Virus record (IMG/VR): IMGVR_UViG_3300045975_000444
Span: 1-64,000 of that record
Strand: one strand, 5' to 3'
DNA from: a virus
DNA: 64,000 bases
Part shown: one piece after another, positions 28,719 through 38,748 of the stretch
Position numbering within the stretch: the first letter of the stretch is position 1
Layout: each line of letters opens with the position of its first letter
Notes under the pieces: generated by a model
Seen by the model: only the letters and a program-made list of their open reading frames with translations
Database searches by the model: none
What the model was told of the DNA's origin: nothing
Position numbers and translations under genes: made by a program

Positions 28719-29062
28719 TCGAGGCGGCCCGCGTCCGATCCGGCGTCGGACGCGGGCCGAGCTTCGCGCCCTGCCGATGAAGCGCCGCCGCTGGGCGATA
28801 ACCCGCGACTTCCTGGCCGGCCGCTCCATCGTCGGGATCGCGCGCAAGTACGCCATGCCCGCCGCCGCGGTCGAGCGGCTGATCCGAAAGCTTCTAGGGG
28901 AGCGCGCCCTGGAAAGGCGTCGCTAGCGCTTCGGCCGCTCGCGGTCCCTTCGGGTCGAAGACCGCGCCGTCGAAGATGGCGCCGCGCAGGTCGGCGCCGC
29001 GGAAGTCGGCGCGCACCGCACGACGTAAAGCTTCCTTTTCGACCCCGTAGCGCAGTTCGCGA

Positions 29063-29091
29063 TTGCACGTCAAGCCGCTGTGTCTTACATT
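29063..29091 (+). promoter_or_regulatory. sigma70-type promoter
   Basis: TTGCAC-N17-TACATT with TGTCT abutting the -10. Confidence 0.7.
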
Positions 29092-29140
29092 GCTTGCTCC
29101 GCGCCGCAGTGTCGCAGCGTCCGCCAGAAAGAGAGGACCG

Positions 29141-29560
29141 ATGCCGAGGAAGTATTCCAGTCGCCTGATCCAGGTACTCGCCGCGATCGCGATCGCGATC
29201 GTGATCAGCCGGTGCCTGCGGCGCACAATCGACCCCGAGCCGCCCGCGCCGCGTGCGACCGCGCAGCCGATGGCCGCCAAGCGCCTGGCCGATGCCCGCC
29301 CGGCCGAGCCCGCGCCGAGCGCGCCCGACCTGGACCCCGAAGTCGCGGCCACCCTCACCCTGGGCTCGCCCGACCCGGCCGAGGTCGCCGGAGACGGCCC
29401 GCGACGCTGGCAGCGCCGGCTCGTCGACCAGTTCCTTCGCGACATGGAGCGTCGCGGACCCCAAGCGATGCCCCGCACGGCGGAGCCCCCGAGCAAAGAG
29501 ACCGTGGCCCGATTCACCGCCGAGATGACGGCCGCCATGGAAGAAAGGACCGACCCTTGA
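29141..29560 (+). CDS. membrane-anchored hypothetical protein
   Basis: N-terminal TM, Pro-rich linker. Confidence 0.55.
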   Translation: MPRKYSSRLIQVLAAIAIAIVISRCLRRTIDPEPPAPRATAQPMAAKRLADARPAEPAPSAPDLDPEVAATLTLGSPDPAEVAGDGPRRWQRRLVDQFLRDMERRGPQAMPRTAEPPSKETVARFTAEMTAAMEERTDP

Positions 29561-29892
29561 AGAAGCTCGTGACCACCTTGACCCTCGCCGCCGCGCTCGC
29601 CGCGGCCGCGCCCGCCTCCGCCTACTTCCTGACCTGCAACGAGTACCGTCTTGCCGTGATCTCGGGCGACGAGCGCCTCGGGGCGATCGCCTTCGGGCAA
29701 GCATTCGGCGTCTCCGACATGCTCGCGACCCTGCTCTGCTTCGCCGGTGACCGGCGCTGCGGGTGCCTCCAGAACTTGACCGACCGCGCGGGCGACTACG
29801 GCGGCGCCGTCGGCCGCCTGATCGCCAGGTGCCCGGCCAACAGCCCGGCCGTCGGCCAGATCTTCAACGCCGCGCTCGAAGTCTGCCGCTGA
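29557..29892 (+). CDS. secreted Cys-rich small protein
   Basis: TTG start; MKKLVTTLTLAAALAAAAPASA signal; six Cys in the mature part. Confidence 0.7.
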   Translation: MKKLVTTLTLAAALAAAAPASAYFLTCNEYRLAVISGDERLGAIAFGQAFGVSDMLATLLCFAGDRRCGCLQNLTDRAGDYGGAVGRLIARCPANSPAVGQIFNAALEVCR

Positions 29893-29898
29893 TGCGGG

Positions 29899-29948
29899 AG
29901 GACGCGAGCGCGTGCGGCCTGAGAGGAGAGCGCACGCGCTCGCGTCCT
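29899..29948. terminator. long hairpin at a convergent junction
   Basis: AGGACGCGAGCGCGTGCG...CGCACGCGCTCGCGTCCT. Confidence 0.55.
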
Positions 29949-30004
29949 GGAGAAGCGGAGGCGCCACCCGTTCCGCTCCTCTTGTGCTTTGGTCCGCGCG
30001 GGCG

Positions 30005-30358
30005 CTAGCGCCGCCGTCGCCCGTGCGAGTGCTCGTCCTCCTCGTCCTCGGAGGCTCCCCTGGCGACCGATCCACCGCCGCTCGCCCGCTCTGGCTCCTT
30101 TTTCGCCCCTTCCGCCTTCGCGGCCGCCTTCCTCATCACCTCGGGCGCGGTGCCGTCGAACGTGAGCCCGAGATCGCCGTCGACGATGGAGGCCTCGGCC
30201 TTGCCGACCGCCTCGATCTCCTCTCCGGTCATGCCCGAGCGGACGGCGAAAAGCGCCCCGCCGAGCCCACTGTCGCCGTAGGCCGCGACGATCGCAGCCA
30301 TGGCCTCGGCCGCTGTCCCTGGGACCTCCATCCGAATGCCCATGTCGCCGTCTTGCAT
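30005..30358 (-). CDS. hypothetical protein
   Basis: GGAGAGG RBS; follows the second capsid gene. Confidence 0.55.
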   Translation of the reverse strand: MQDGDMGIRMEVPGTAAEAMAAIVAAYGDSGLGGALFAVRSGMTGEEIEAVGKAEASIVDGDLGLTFDGTAPEVMRKAAAKAEGAKKEPERASGGGSVARGASEDEEDEHSHGRRRR

Positions 30359-30376
30359 TGACGCGCCTCTCCCCCT

Positions 30377-31402
30377 TTACGTCAGCTTGCAGATCATGGT
30401 CGGCTGCACGACGCCGACTCCGAAGCGGGCCATCGCCCGGATCGCCACGCCCCCCGCCGTCCAGGCCTCGGGGAACTCGCCGGTCGCCTCGAAGGCGGGC
30501 GCCGTGCGAAGCCCGACGACCGTCGCCCGCTTGAACGCCCCGACGACCCCCTTGACGGTGCCGAGCCAGTCCTGGGCGACCACTACGGCCGGGCGGCCGC
30601 CGATCGAGCCGCCGATGGTCGGCAGCTCCGCCAACTGCGAGAGCGAGTCGAGCGCGCCGATCGTCGCCGGGATGATCGCCTGAGAGGTCTTCATGCTGTC
30701 GAAGGCCTCGACCGAGAGCACCCAGACGACCGTCGTGATGGCGGCCGGGTTGAGCGCTTCGAGCGCCGACTTGGGCGAGGTCGCCGCCGTCGCCGAAGCG
30801 CCGGCCTTCTTGATCACGCCGTCGATCTGATCGGTCCCGGCGGTGTCGCCTTCGAGGTAGACGCGATCGATCTCATCGAGCAGCGCATCCAGGAAGATCT
30901 GCCCGAGCTGGGCGACACCGTCGCCCGAGAGCGGCCCCGAGATATCCTCGACGAGTTCGCCCGAGGCGATCGACCACACGACCGCCGTCTTGGCCTGGAT
31001 CTCGACCGGGGTGGCTTCCCAGACCGGGTCGGAGATCGCCGCGGCGTCCCCCTCGGAGGTCTGCCAGCGCACCGTCGGGAGCCCGGTCGGCGTGAGCGAC
31101 GCGGCGACCACCTTCGGCCCGGCCATCGGCAGCACGCGGGCGACCTGGAAGGCGAGCGAGTGCCGCCTGGCATACGTCCAGGTCGCCGGGAAGACGTGCG
31201 TGCCCGCCGGGACCGCCGTCGTATCGGCGCGAAAGCGCTCGGTCTCGACCGACGGGGGATCGGCGTCGGCCGAGAGCCCGAGCGCCGCTCGCCGAAACGC
31301 CTGACCCGCCGCGTAGCAGGCGACCCGATCGAAGCGATCGCCCTCGAAGGGCTCCGCCGAGATGACCGCCGCCTCCAGCCGTTCGAGAAGGTCGTTCGTC
31401 AT
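30377..31402 (-). CDS. second HK97-fold major-capsid-like protein
   Basis: IQAKT...ASGELVED...LGQIFLDAL...RVYLEGD...IGGRP...VAIRAMARFG..VVQP aligns with the capsid at 60115-61488. Confidence 0.85.
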   Translation of the reverse strand: MTNDLLERLEAAVISAEPFEGDRFDRVACYAAGQAFRRAALGLSADADPPSVETERFRADTTAVPAGTHVFPATWTYARRHSLAFQVARVLPMAGPKVVAASLTPTGLPTVRWQTSEGDAAAISDPVWEATPVEIQAKTAVVWSIASGELVEDISGPLSGDGVAQLGQIFLDALLDEIDRVYLEGDTAGTDQIDGVIKKAGASATAATSPKSALEALNPAAITTVVWVLSVEAFDSMKTSQAIIPATIGALDSLSQLAELPTIGGSIGGRPAVVVAQDWLGTVKGVVGAFKRATVVGLRTAPAFEATGEFPEAWTAGGVAIRAMARFGVGVVQPTMICKLT

Positions 31403-31436
31403 GGCCCCGAAGCCTCCACCCGAGCGGGCCGGTTTC

Positions 31437-33075
31437 TTAGGACGCCCGGCGGGTCTTCTGCTCGCGGATCAGCGCCGCCATGGCCGACGCCGCAATCGAC
31501 AGGTCGTCGATGGTCGTATCGCTCCTAAATCCCTTGCCGATCGCCTTGGCGCCTTCGCCGAGGACCCGGAGAAGGTTCTCGACTGCGCCCGGCGGCACTT
31601 CGAGCCGATAGGGCAGGTCGGCCGTCGTGAGCGGACGCGCGCAGAGCTGGCACTGGTCGCCCTTGTCCGGGTCGGGCACGTGCCAGCCGGCCCGGCATGG
31701 AGGCAGCTCGCGGCGCTTTAGGTCGGCCGTGATCTCGGCCGGCATGACGACGCCGTCGTCCTCGGGCGGCCAGTAGGACTTGACCTCACGCATTGCCTCG
31801 CTCATCTCGCCTCCGTCACTGCGACGTCTCGACGTGGGCGTCGAGCGCGACGAACTCCTCGTCGCCGCCGCGCACCCAGACCCTGACCGTCTTCTTGTCG
31901 ATCTCCATCTCGACCCGAGTCGGGGTCGCCTTGGCGATGCCGAAGGTCATGGCGATACCGATCGCCTGGCCGGCAAGGAGCGTCAGCTCGGCGAGCGTCT
32001 GATGCCAGCGCGTCATGCGCCCGCGCGGTAGCTCGACCGTCCAGAGCGTCTTCGCCAGCTCCTCGGGCTTCGCCTCGGCCATCGCGGGCACCCCGCTCAC
32101 TGACCGCTGAACGGCGCGACCTCGTGCGGGTCGAGCGAGCGGTTGCAGTAGATGCAGTAGGCTCGGACGTCGAACGTCCCGTGACGCGAGTCGTCGGTCC
32201 TGACCAGCACGACGACGCCGATGTCGCAGACCCGGCACGTGCCAATTGCGTGCGGCCCAGGCGACGCCCGGCCGTTGGTGCGCTCGACCGGCTCGCGGCC
32301 CTCGACCGGCGGGCCGGGGTCGGGGCCGAGCAGCTCCTCCTCGCCCTGGATCATCGGGATCGACGAGCGCTCGCGCGTAACCGTCGGCCGCTCGCGCTCG
32401 CGACTCACGCTGCCTCCATGGAGCGACGCTCCGAGAGGCGCGCTCGCGCCTCGTCGAGGACGAGCAGCCCGGCTAAGTGGCAGCGCTTGCGACCGCGCGC
32501 CAGCGACGGCGCTTCGAGCGTGTCGCCGCGGGCGAGCGCGTCGTAGACCTTCTCGCGTATCCACTCGTGATCGATGTCGAAGAGTGAGGCGAGCCGAAGG
32601 AAGCTCGTCTCGGCTCGGGTCTCCTCCGAGTAGAGCCACTGGAAGTCTTCGAGCCATTCGGAGGAGCGGATCGTGCGGCGCGCCTCGAACAGGACACGCA
32701 TGATCGCTTCGCAGATCATCGCAAAGTAGAGATTCAGCTCAGGCGTCGAGAGCGGTCGCGTCTCCGCGACGTCCAACCCCATGCTCAACCGCGCTTCTCC
32801 TCCTCGCTCGGTTTGCCCCACTTCTCTTTTGCGAGCATGACGGCAACGACCAGGACCGTCGTCAAGACCGACGCGACCACCGCGCCGATGCCGATTGCGT
32901 AGTCGAGGAGCCAGACGGCGAAGACCGCGCCGATGCCCATATAGGCGCCCACCCGGATCGCGGTCGGGCCGACATCGGCGGGCAGCGGGCCGTGCCCGAG
33001 CTTGAGCCCACGGGACTCGCCGCCGTCGTCGCCATCGGCCGACGGCGGCCGCTCGCGTCGCCCCCCGATGCGCAT
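31437..33075 (-). other. five small hypothetical genes (31437-31805, 31816-32082, 32097-32354, 32405-32782, 32785-33075; some Zn-finger or TM)
   Basis: Packed co-oriented ORFs. Confidence 0.55.
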
Positions 33076-33163
33076 CTCCGTCCCCACGCGTCCGACCCCT
33101 ACAGGTAGTGTATGACGTTGCCCGTATACACTAGATCCGCGGGTCACGTCCAGAGCGCGCGGC

Positions 33164-33442
33164 TCAGGTCGGGTCGAGCTGGGCGCGCTGGCGGATCGCC
33201 GGGAGGCCGACGAAGCGAAGGCCCAGCTCCAGGTCGGCGAGCATCGGGAAGCCCTCGAAGAGGGATCGCGCGACGACCTCCTCGGTGCCGTCGGGGTTCC
33301 AGATGATCGCCTCGTCCGGGTTCACACCGGCAGTCACAAAGAAAGCGGTGTAGTCCAGCTCGGCCGCGTCCAGCTCGGCGCGCGCCTCCTGGCAAAGCTC
33401 GCAGCCGTGTTGCACGTAGAGGTAGCGCTCCATGGAGATCAT
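33164..33442 (-). CDS. glutaredoxin/NrdH-like protein
   Basis: LYVQHGCELCQEARAELD...GFPML; coupled to the tail-tip stop. Confidence 0.7.
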   Translation of the reverse strand: MISMERYLYVQHGCELCQEARAELDAAELDYTAFFVTAGVNPDEAIIWNPDGTEEVVARSLFEGFPMLADLELGLRFVGLPAIRQRAQLDPT

Positions 33443-36400
33443 GCCTTGACGCAAAATCTCAGCGCGTACACCGGCGGCATGTTCAGCTCGCCGCCCGACG
33501 GGCCGGTCGTCCCCGAGAACGCCGCGAGCGTGCCCGCGAAGGTCGAGACCCCCGACATGGTGAGGGCGTGGCGATGGACGTACTCGACCGGGTCCTGGCC
33601 GTACAGCGGGTAGGGCATGCCTCCGGCGACACCCGGCGTGTTGACGCCGCCGAGATAGGGCGGCCCGAGATGGGCCGAGGGCGCCGTCGTGTAGGTCGAC
33701 GGGACCGCCCCGCCGTGATTGTGCGAGGCCGAGTGCGCGTCGAACGTCGTCGCGTGGGCGTGCGTCGTCGCCATGACCGATAGCCCCTGGCCCGCGGCGG
33801 CGCCCTTGAGGAGTCGCTTGGAGGCCGCCCCGTACTCGACCCAGCCGGGCGGGCAGAGGGCGCCGTCGACGAAGCCACCGAGGCCCGTGGCGACCTGCTG
33901 TGTCCCGGCGCTCGCCTTGTGGAAGGCGAGCGAGATCGAGTCGGGCGATGGAGCCGAGGCCGCGCTGATCGTCCCCCCGGCCGCCGTCGCCGTCTGCGTC
34001 GAGGCGTTCGGGATCTGGACGTCGGCGGTGTGGATGTGGTCGTCGGTCGACATCGAGATGTCGTTAGTGCCGAGCGGGACGTCGCGATGGAGCGTCGTCC
34101 CGGCGGCCAGGCCGGTGATGTCCACCGAGGCGCCGATCGAGTGCGCGTGCGTCTCGTTGTGCTGGTGGCTCGGCACGGTGCCGCCGTGGCTGTGCGTCGC
34201 CGGCACGGTCTCGGTCGTCCCCGCCACCCCGGAGAATGCGGTCACCGTCGCGCCCGACGGGTATGACACCCCGGTGACGTCACCCTGGTAGTTCAGCACG
34301 TCGACAGTGACGGTCGAGCCGACCAGGCCTGTCAGGACCCCGTAGTAGCTCGACCCGCCGCTTGTGATCTTCAGGATCTGGTTGCCATGGAGGTTGGTCG
34401 TCGCGGCAACGGTAAAGCTCGCCGTGGCTGTCCCCGGCGTGTGCGCGCCAGTGGTCGTCGTCGCGACGGCGCCGATCCCGGTCTCGACCCGTGGCACCTG
34501 GCTATCAAGCGTGGTCGCGCGCGTGTAGCCCCCCGGTGCCGTCGCCGACTCCGAGAAGAAGGCCAGGTTCACCGGGACCTGCTCGACCGTGTGCGCGGTC
34601 TTCTTGCAGAGCCGGACCCGCAGGCTGGTCACCGCGTTGCCCGAGGCGATGGTCGAGATCGCCGAGTTCGGCTGGCTCGATACTCCCGAGCCGGTCATCG
34701 CTCCGGTCGCCCACGACCCGGACGGGTTGGTGTGGGTGTGGTCCTGGCGCGCGACTGGCGTGAAAGCCGGCCCGATGACCGCGTTGGTCGCAAGCTCGTC
34801 GCCCGCCGGCACCGCGCCGATCCCGATCGAGCTGATCGTGTGCGTGTGTGCCTGGACCGTGTGCGTGTGGGCGAGCGAGTGCGAGTGCCGCCACGCCCCG
34901 GCCGTCTGGCCCGGCACAAAGCCGCCGCCCGAGTAGGCCCCGGTCAGGTAGTAGTTCTGCGGCGCCGTGTAGGGTTGCCAGTCGGTCGGGCAGGTGCCGT
35001 CGGTCGAGATCAGGATGAGCCCGAGCGGGACCTTCTGCGGCGCGATCTCCAGGCTGTCGGAGATGAGCGGCGTCCGGGTCTCCGCCTCGATCTCGACCGT
35101 CCGCATGCTCTTCTGGACGGCGACCCGGCGGATCGAGTAGATCGGCATCTCGTCGGAGCCAATGACCTTGCGGAAGGCCGAGTCGTCGAGCAGGACGTCG
35201 CCGACCGCCGGACGCCGCCAGCCGATCAGCTCGGTCGTCCGGAGCCGGAAGCGCGGCTGCGAGAAGTAGCGCACGACCGCCGCGGCGATGCCCGCGGCCG
35301 AGTCGGAATCGGCCACGACCGTCTCGGTCCCGAAGTCGGCCCGCCCCGAGCCCGGCGAGGCGAACTTCGCGTAGCTCGTCGCCGCCCCGGCGAGGTCGCC
35401 GTCGGTCAAGAGCACGGCCGGGTTCAGGGCCGCCAGTGGGTTGACCGACACCTGGACGCGCGCCTGGAAGTAGGCCTCCTCGTCCTCCTCCGAGAGTGTC
35501 TCGGTCCGCCGGTTCCGCGACACGACCGCGACCGGCCAGATCTCGAAGTTGTCGACCAGAATGGAGAGCGAGGCCGTATCGTTGAAGGCCGGGAAGAGGC
35601 CGATCGTCGTCGTCCCGACCTCGTCCTCGTCTAGCTCCATCCAATGAACGAGCCGCTTCCATGCCGTGTTGGTAAGCTCGAAGGCGGGCGAGATCTTGGG
35701 GTCGTAGCCGTCGGAAGGCCGCACGACCGCGACCCGGACCTTCATGCCGATGCCGGTCTTGAGCGCGGCCAAGAGCGAGGCCGCGATCGCGAAGCCCGGC
35801 TTGCGCATGGATACCGTCTGGAAGAGCAGCGCGTAGGCGTTGCCGCCGTTGCTGATCTCTACGGCCCGCGTGCCCTCGTAGGTCGGCGAGGTCGTGACCG
35901 CCGAGGTCAAGGCGTTGTACCCTACCCAAGGCCAGATGTCGGTCCCCGACGACTCGAAGCCGGGGTTGGTCGCGAGCTGCTGCGCCGAGAAGTCGAGCAC
36001 GCCCGCGTTGACCCGCCCCGCCGGCAGCTCGCTCCGGATGCCGAAGGCCTGCGCGAGGGTCTGCGCGACCGCGTCGCCGATCGAGATCGTCTCGTTGAAG
36101 TAGACGCCGACCTTGGGCGGCGCCGGGATGGTCGCGCCACCCGAGAGGCGGCGGCGCCAGATACGGTCGTAGTCGATGAACGATTGCTCGTCGATCTCGC
36201 CGGCCGGGACGTTCCCCATGCGCATGATCGCGCGCGCAATCTCGCCAGGGAACCTGAGCCCACGCGACGCCGAATCGCCGGGGATGGAGCGGGTACCCCA
36301 GACCTCGGCGTAGACGACGTCGGGCGGGTTGTTCGGGTCGGCGAACCACGTGTTGACGATGCCGAGCCCGGCGTTGTTTGGGTCCTTGGTGATGCCCACC

Positions 36401-38748
36401 TGTGACGGCGCGTTGACCTGCTCGGCGGTGAGGAAGACGTTGCCGAAGACCTCGATGCCGAAAGCGATCGCCGTCACCCGGTAGATCGAGGTATTGGCGG
36501 CGCCGGGTGCCCAGTTGGTCAGGTAGGCGGCCACGCGCCCCCAGCCGAAGACGATCGGCACCAGCACGCCCGTTCGCGCGATCCCTGCCTGGTAGATCGT
36601 CCAGGTCTGCTCGGTGAGCGGCCGGCGGAGGTCGATCAAGGACGAGTAGAGCCGGATGGTCAGCTCCTCGTCGAGGACGTGGCCGCCGTTGGTCGCGACG
36701 AGCTGGACCTGATGCTGCGCTTCGCGAAGGTCCGAGCGCGGCCCGCGCCGGACGATCGTGCGGAGCCCGTCGACCCGGCGCTTGCGGATGTCGGGGTCGA
36801 AATGGCCGTCGACCGCCGCGAGCGCGATCTCGCCCATGGTCGCTGACGAGGTCGCCCCGGTGCCGTCGGCCGAGACCTCCTGCGAGTAGCTCGGTTCCGA
36901 GACGAGCCGGGCGCGATAGGGCTGCGGCGCATCCCACCCGTAGAAGTCCCGCTCGATGAGCGTCACCGGGTCGGTCGCGGCATGGAGCCAGAGGCAGACG
37001 AGCAGCACCTGATTGGCGTCCGAGGGCGACTGGCCGGCGCCGAGCCGGATGCGGACCGACGCGGCCTCCTCGTCGTGCGAATACTGACTCGACCCCGTGA
37101 GCATCCCGTAGTGCGAGACGCGCGTCATCTCGGTGCCGTTCCAGATGATGCGCGAGATGCGCGAGCCCATCGGCAGCGAGTGTGCGAAGCTGTCCGGGTC
37201 GACGTGCGCCGACCAGCGCCGGAACCAGTAGGCGGTCTCGACCTTGGCCGTCACGACCTGCTCGGCATCGGCCGGCGGCATCTCGTCGATCTGGAGCGCG
37301 ACGTAGAGCGGCAACTGTGCGGTGACCCCGATCGCAGTCGACCCGGCCCCCGCGATCGCGTTCCACGCGTCCAAGTAGATGGACGACGGGCCGGCCGCGC
37401 GCTTGGTGCGATGGAAGAAGCACGCGGTCGTGAATTGCCCCGTGACCGGCTCTCTATAGTGCCAGCCGCGGGGCGTGCCGTAGTAGCCCGGCGGATCGGC
37501 CTGGAAGCGCGGCCGGACGTTCACCCCTTGCGACCCGGTCGGCACGTTGTTCGCAACGAAGGAGACGAACTCCAGATAGCGCCCGGTAACCGGGAGCGTC
37601 AGCGTGCCCGAGGCGATCTGTGTCGCGCTGTCGCCGACGCTCGTCACCGTCTGGGTGAGCGCCGCCGAGACCGCGCGCATGCCCGGCGGCAGCAGGAACA
37701 TCGCGAGGAACCAGTTGTCGACTTTCGGGGTCGCACCGTAGCCGGTGAAGCGGATGCGAACCTTCCAGCCCGCCGTCAGGCTCAGGTAATGGACGGCGCC
37801 GACCGGCCGCCGATCGCCGTCGGCGCAGGCCTGGTATTGCCACGCCCAGAACGATTGCCGCGTGCCGCCGCTGTCGACGACTTCGAGAAAGGTCTGATTG
37901 TGCCCCGCACCGCCGTCGGCGCCCTCGAACCAGTTGGCGACGACCATCCAGTTGTCGGTCGACGGCACGGTCATCTCGGTGATCGTGTACTCGGTGCCGA
38001 GGGCCGCCGCAGTGAAGCCCGTTCCCGAGGCGTAGGCAAAGAAAAAAGACTGGTCGACCCGGATGGCGGCGATCCTGCCGTTGTTCGCGGTCGCTGCGTT
38101 CGCCGCCGCCGAGGCCCCCGGCATCCCCTGGCGGAGGAAGATCGAGCGCGTGTCGCCGCCCCGGATTATGAGTGAGGTCGCGCCGAAGTAGTTACTCGCT
38201 CGCTGGTTCGCGATCGCCACTCTTGCCTGCTGGAGAGGCGGGCGCGCGTCCAAGTGATGAGGACTCCCCGGTCGGCCGTTCACCTCAAGCACCTGCTCGA
38301 CCTGACCCGTCGCGCCGAAGGATACCATCGTCCCCTGAGCGAGGATCAGGTACCTGTAGTTTCCAGGTGGCGCTTCCGAGAGGTCGATCGGCAGTTCGAC
38401 CGTGTTGAAGCCGCGCAAGTAGAGTAGGCCCGCGCCGGCAGGGATGCTCCATCCGTCGGCGAGCTGCGGGTTCGAGTCGAAGTCGTTGAACGGCAGGAAG
38501 AAGGTCTGCTCGGCCGCGGGGTTGTTCGCGGTTATCCGACCGACAAGGGCTATTCCTCCGTAGCTGACGTAGACCTGATAGTCGGCGCCGCCGATGAAGT
38601 ATTGCGACTGCCCGACACCGAGCTGAAGCCACGCCCCCTGAGCGCCGATGACGACGGCATTGAGGATCGTGAACGGCCCCCCGCGCGTGCGGTAGGACTG
38701 CGCGAGCAAGTTGTCGCGGCAGGCGTAGAGGAGCGGCGGGACCGGCAT
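33439..38748 (-). CDS. tail tip/hub protein fused to collar and HxH fibre repeats
   Basis: Likely start MPVPPLLY coupled to the upstream TGA; VPIVFG hub motif, carbohydrate-binding-like NPGFE insert, C-terminal HxH tracts. Confidence 0.8.
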   Translation of the reverse strand: MPVPPLLYACRDNLLAQSYRTRGGPFTILNAVVIGAQGAWLQLGVGQSQYFIGGADYQVYVSYGGIALVGRITANNPAAEQTFFLPFNDFDSNPQLADGWSIPAGAGLLYLRGFNTVELPIDLSEAPPGNYRYLILAQGTMVSFGATGQVEQVLEVNGRPGSPHHLDARPPLQQARVAIANQRASNYFGATSLIIRGGDTRSIFLRQGMPGASAAANAATANNGRIAAIRVDQSFFFAYASGTGFTAAALGTEYTITEMTVPSTDNWMVVANWFEGADGGAGHNQTFLEVVDSGGTRQSFWAWQYQACADGDRRPVGAVHYLSLTAGWKVRIRFTGYGATPKVDNWFLAMFLLPPGMRAVSAALTQTVTSVGDSATQIASGTLTLPVTGRYLEFVSFVANNVPTGSQGVNVRPRFQADPPGYYGTPRGWHYREPVTGQFTTACFFHRTKRAAGPSSIYLDAWNAIAGAGSTAIGVTAQLPLYVALQIDEMPPADAEQVVTAKVETAYWFRRWSAHVDPDSFAHSLPMGSRISRIIWNGTEMTRVSHYGMLTGSSQYSHDEEAASVRIRLGAGQSPSDANQVLLVCLWLHAATDPVTLIERDFYGWDAPQPYRARLVSEPSYSQEVSADGTGATSSATMGEIALAAVDGHFDPDIRKRRVDGLRTIVRRGPRSDLREAQHQVQLVATNGGHVLDEELTIRLYSSLIDLRRPLTEQTWTIYQAGIARTGVLVPIVFGWGRVAAYLTNWAPGAANTSIYRVTAIAFGIEVFGNVFLTAEQVNAPSQVGITKDPNNAGLGIVNTWFADPNNPPDVVYAEVWGTRSIPGDSASRGLRFPGEIARAIMRMGNVPAGEIDEQSFIDYDRIWRRRLSGGATIPAPPKVGVYFNETISIGDAVAQTLAQAFGIRSELPAGRVNAGVLDFSAQQLATNPGFESSGTDIWPWVGYNALTSAVTTSPTYEGTRAVEISNGGNAYALLFQTVSMRKPGFAIAASLLAALKTGIGMKVRVAVVRPSDGYDPKISPAFELTNTAWKRLVHWMELDEDEVGTTTIGLFPAFNDTASLSILVDNFEIWPVAVVSRNRRTETLSEEDEEAYFQARVQVSVNPLAALNPAVLLTDGDLAGAATSYAKFASPGSGRADFGTETVVADSDSAAGIAAAVVRYFSQPRFRLRTTELIGWRRPAVGDVLLDDSAFRKVIGSDEMPIYSIRRVAVQKSMRTVEIEAETRTPLISDSLEIAPQKVPLGLILISTDGTCPTDWQPYTAPQNYYLTGAYSGGGFVPGQTAGAWRHSHSLAHTHTVQAHTHTISSIGIGAVPAGDELATNAVIGPAFTPVARQDHTHTNPSGSWATGAMTGSGVSSQPNSAISTIASGNAVTSLRVRLCKKTAHTVEQVPVNLAFFSESATAPGGYTRATTLDSQVPRVETGIGAVATTTTGAHTPGTATASFTVAATTNLHGNQILKITSGGSSYYGVLTGLVGSTVTVDVLNYQGDVTGVSYPSGATVTAFSGVAGTTETVPATHSHGGTVPSHQHNETHAHSIGASVDITGLAAGTTLHRDVPLGTNDISMSTDDHIHTADVQIPNASTQTATAAGGTISAASAPSPDSISLAFHKASAGTQQVATGLGGFVDGALCPPGWVEYGAASKRLLKGAAAGQGLSVMATTHAHATTFDAHSASHNHGGAVPSTYTTAPSAHLGPPYLGGVNTPGVAGGMPYPLYGQDPVEYVHRHALTMSGVSTFAGTLAAFSGTTGPSGGELNMPPVYALRFCVKA

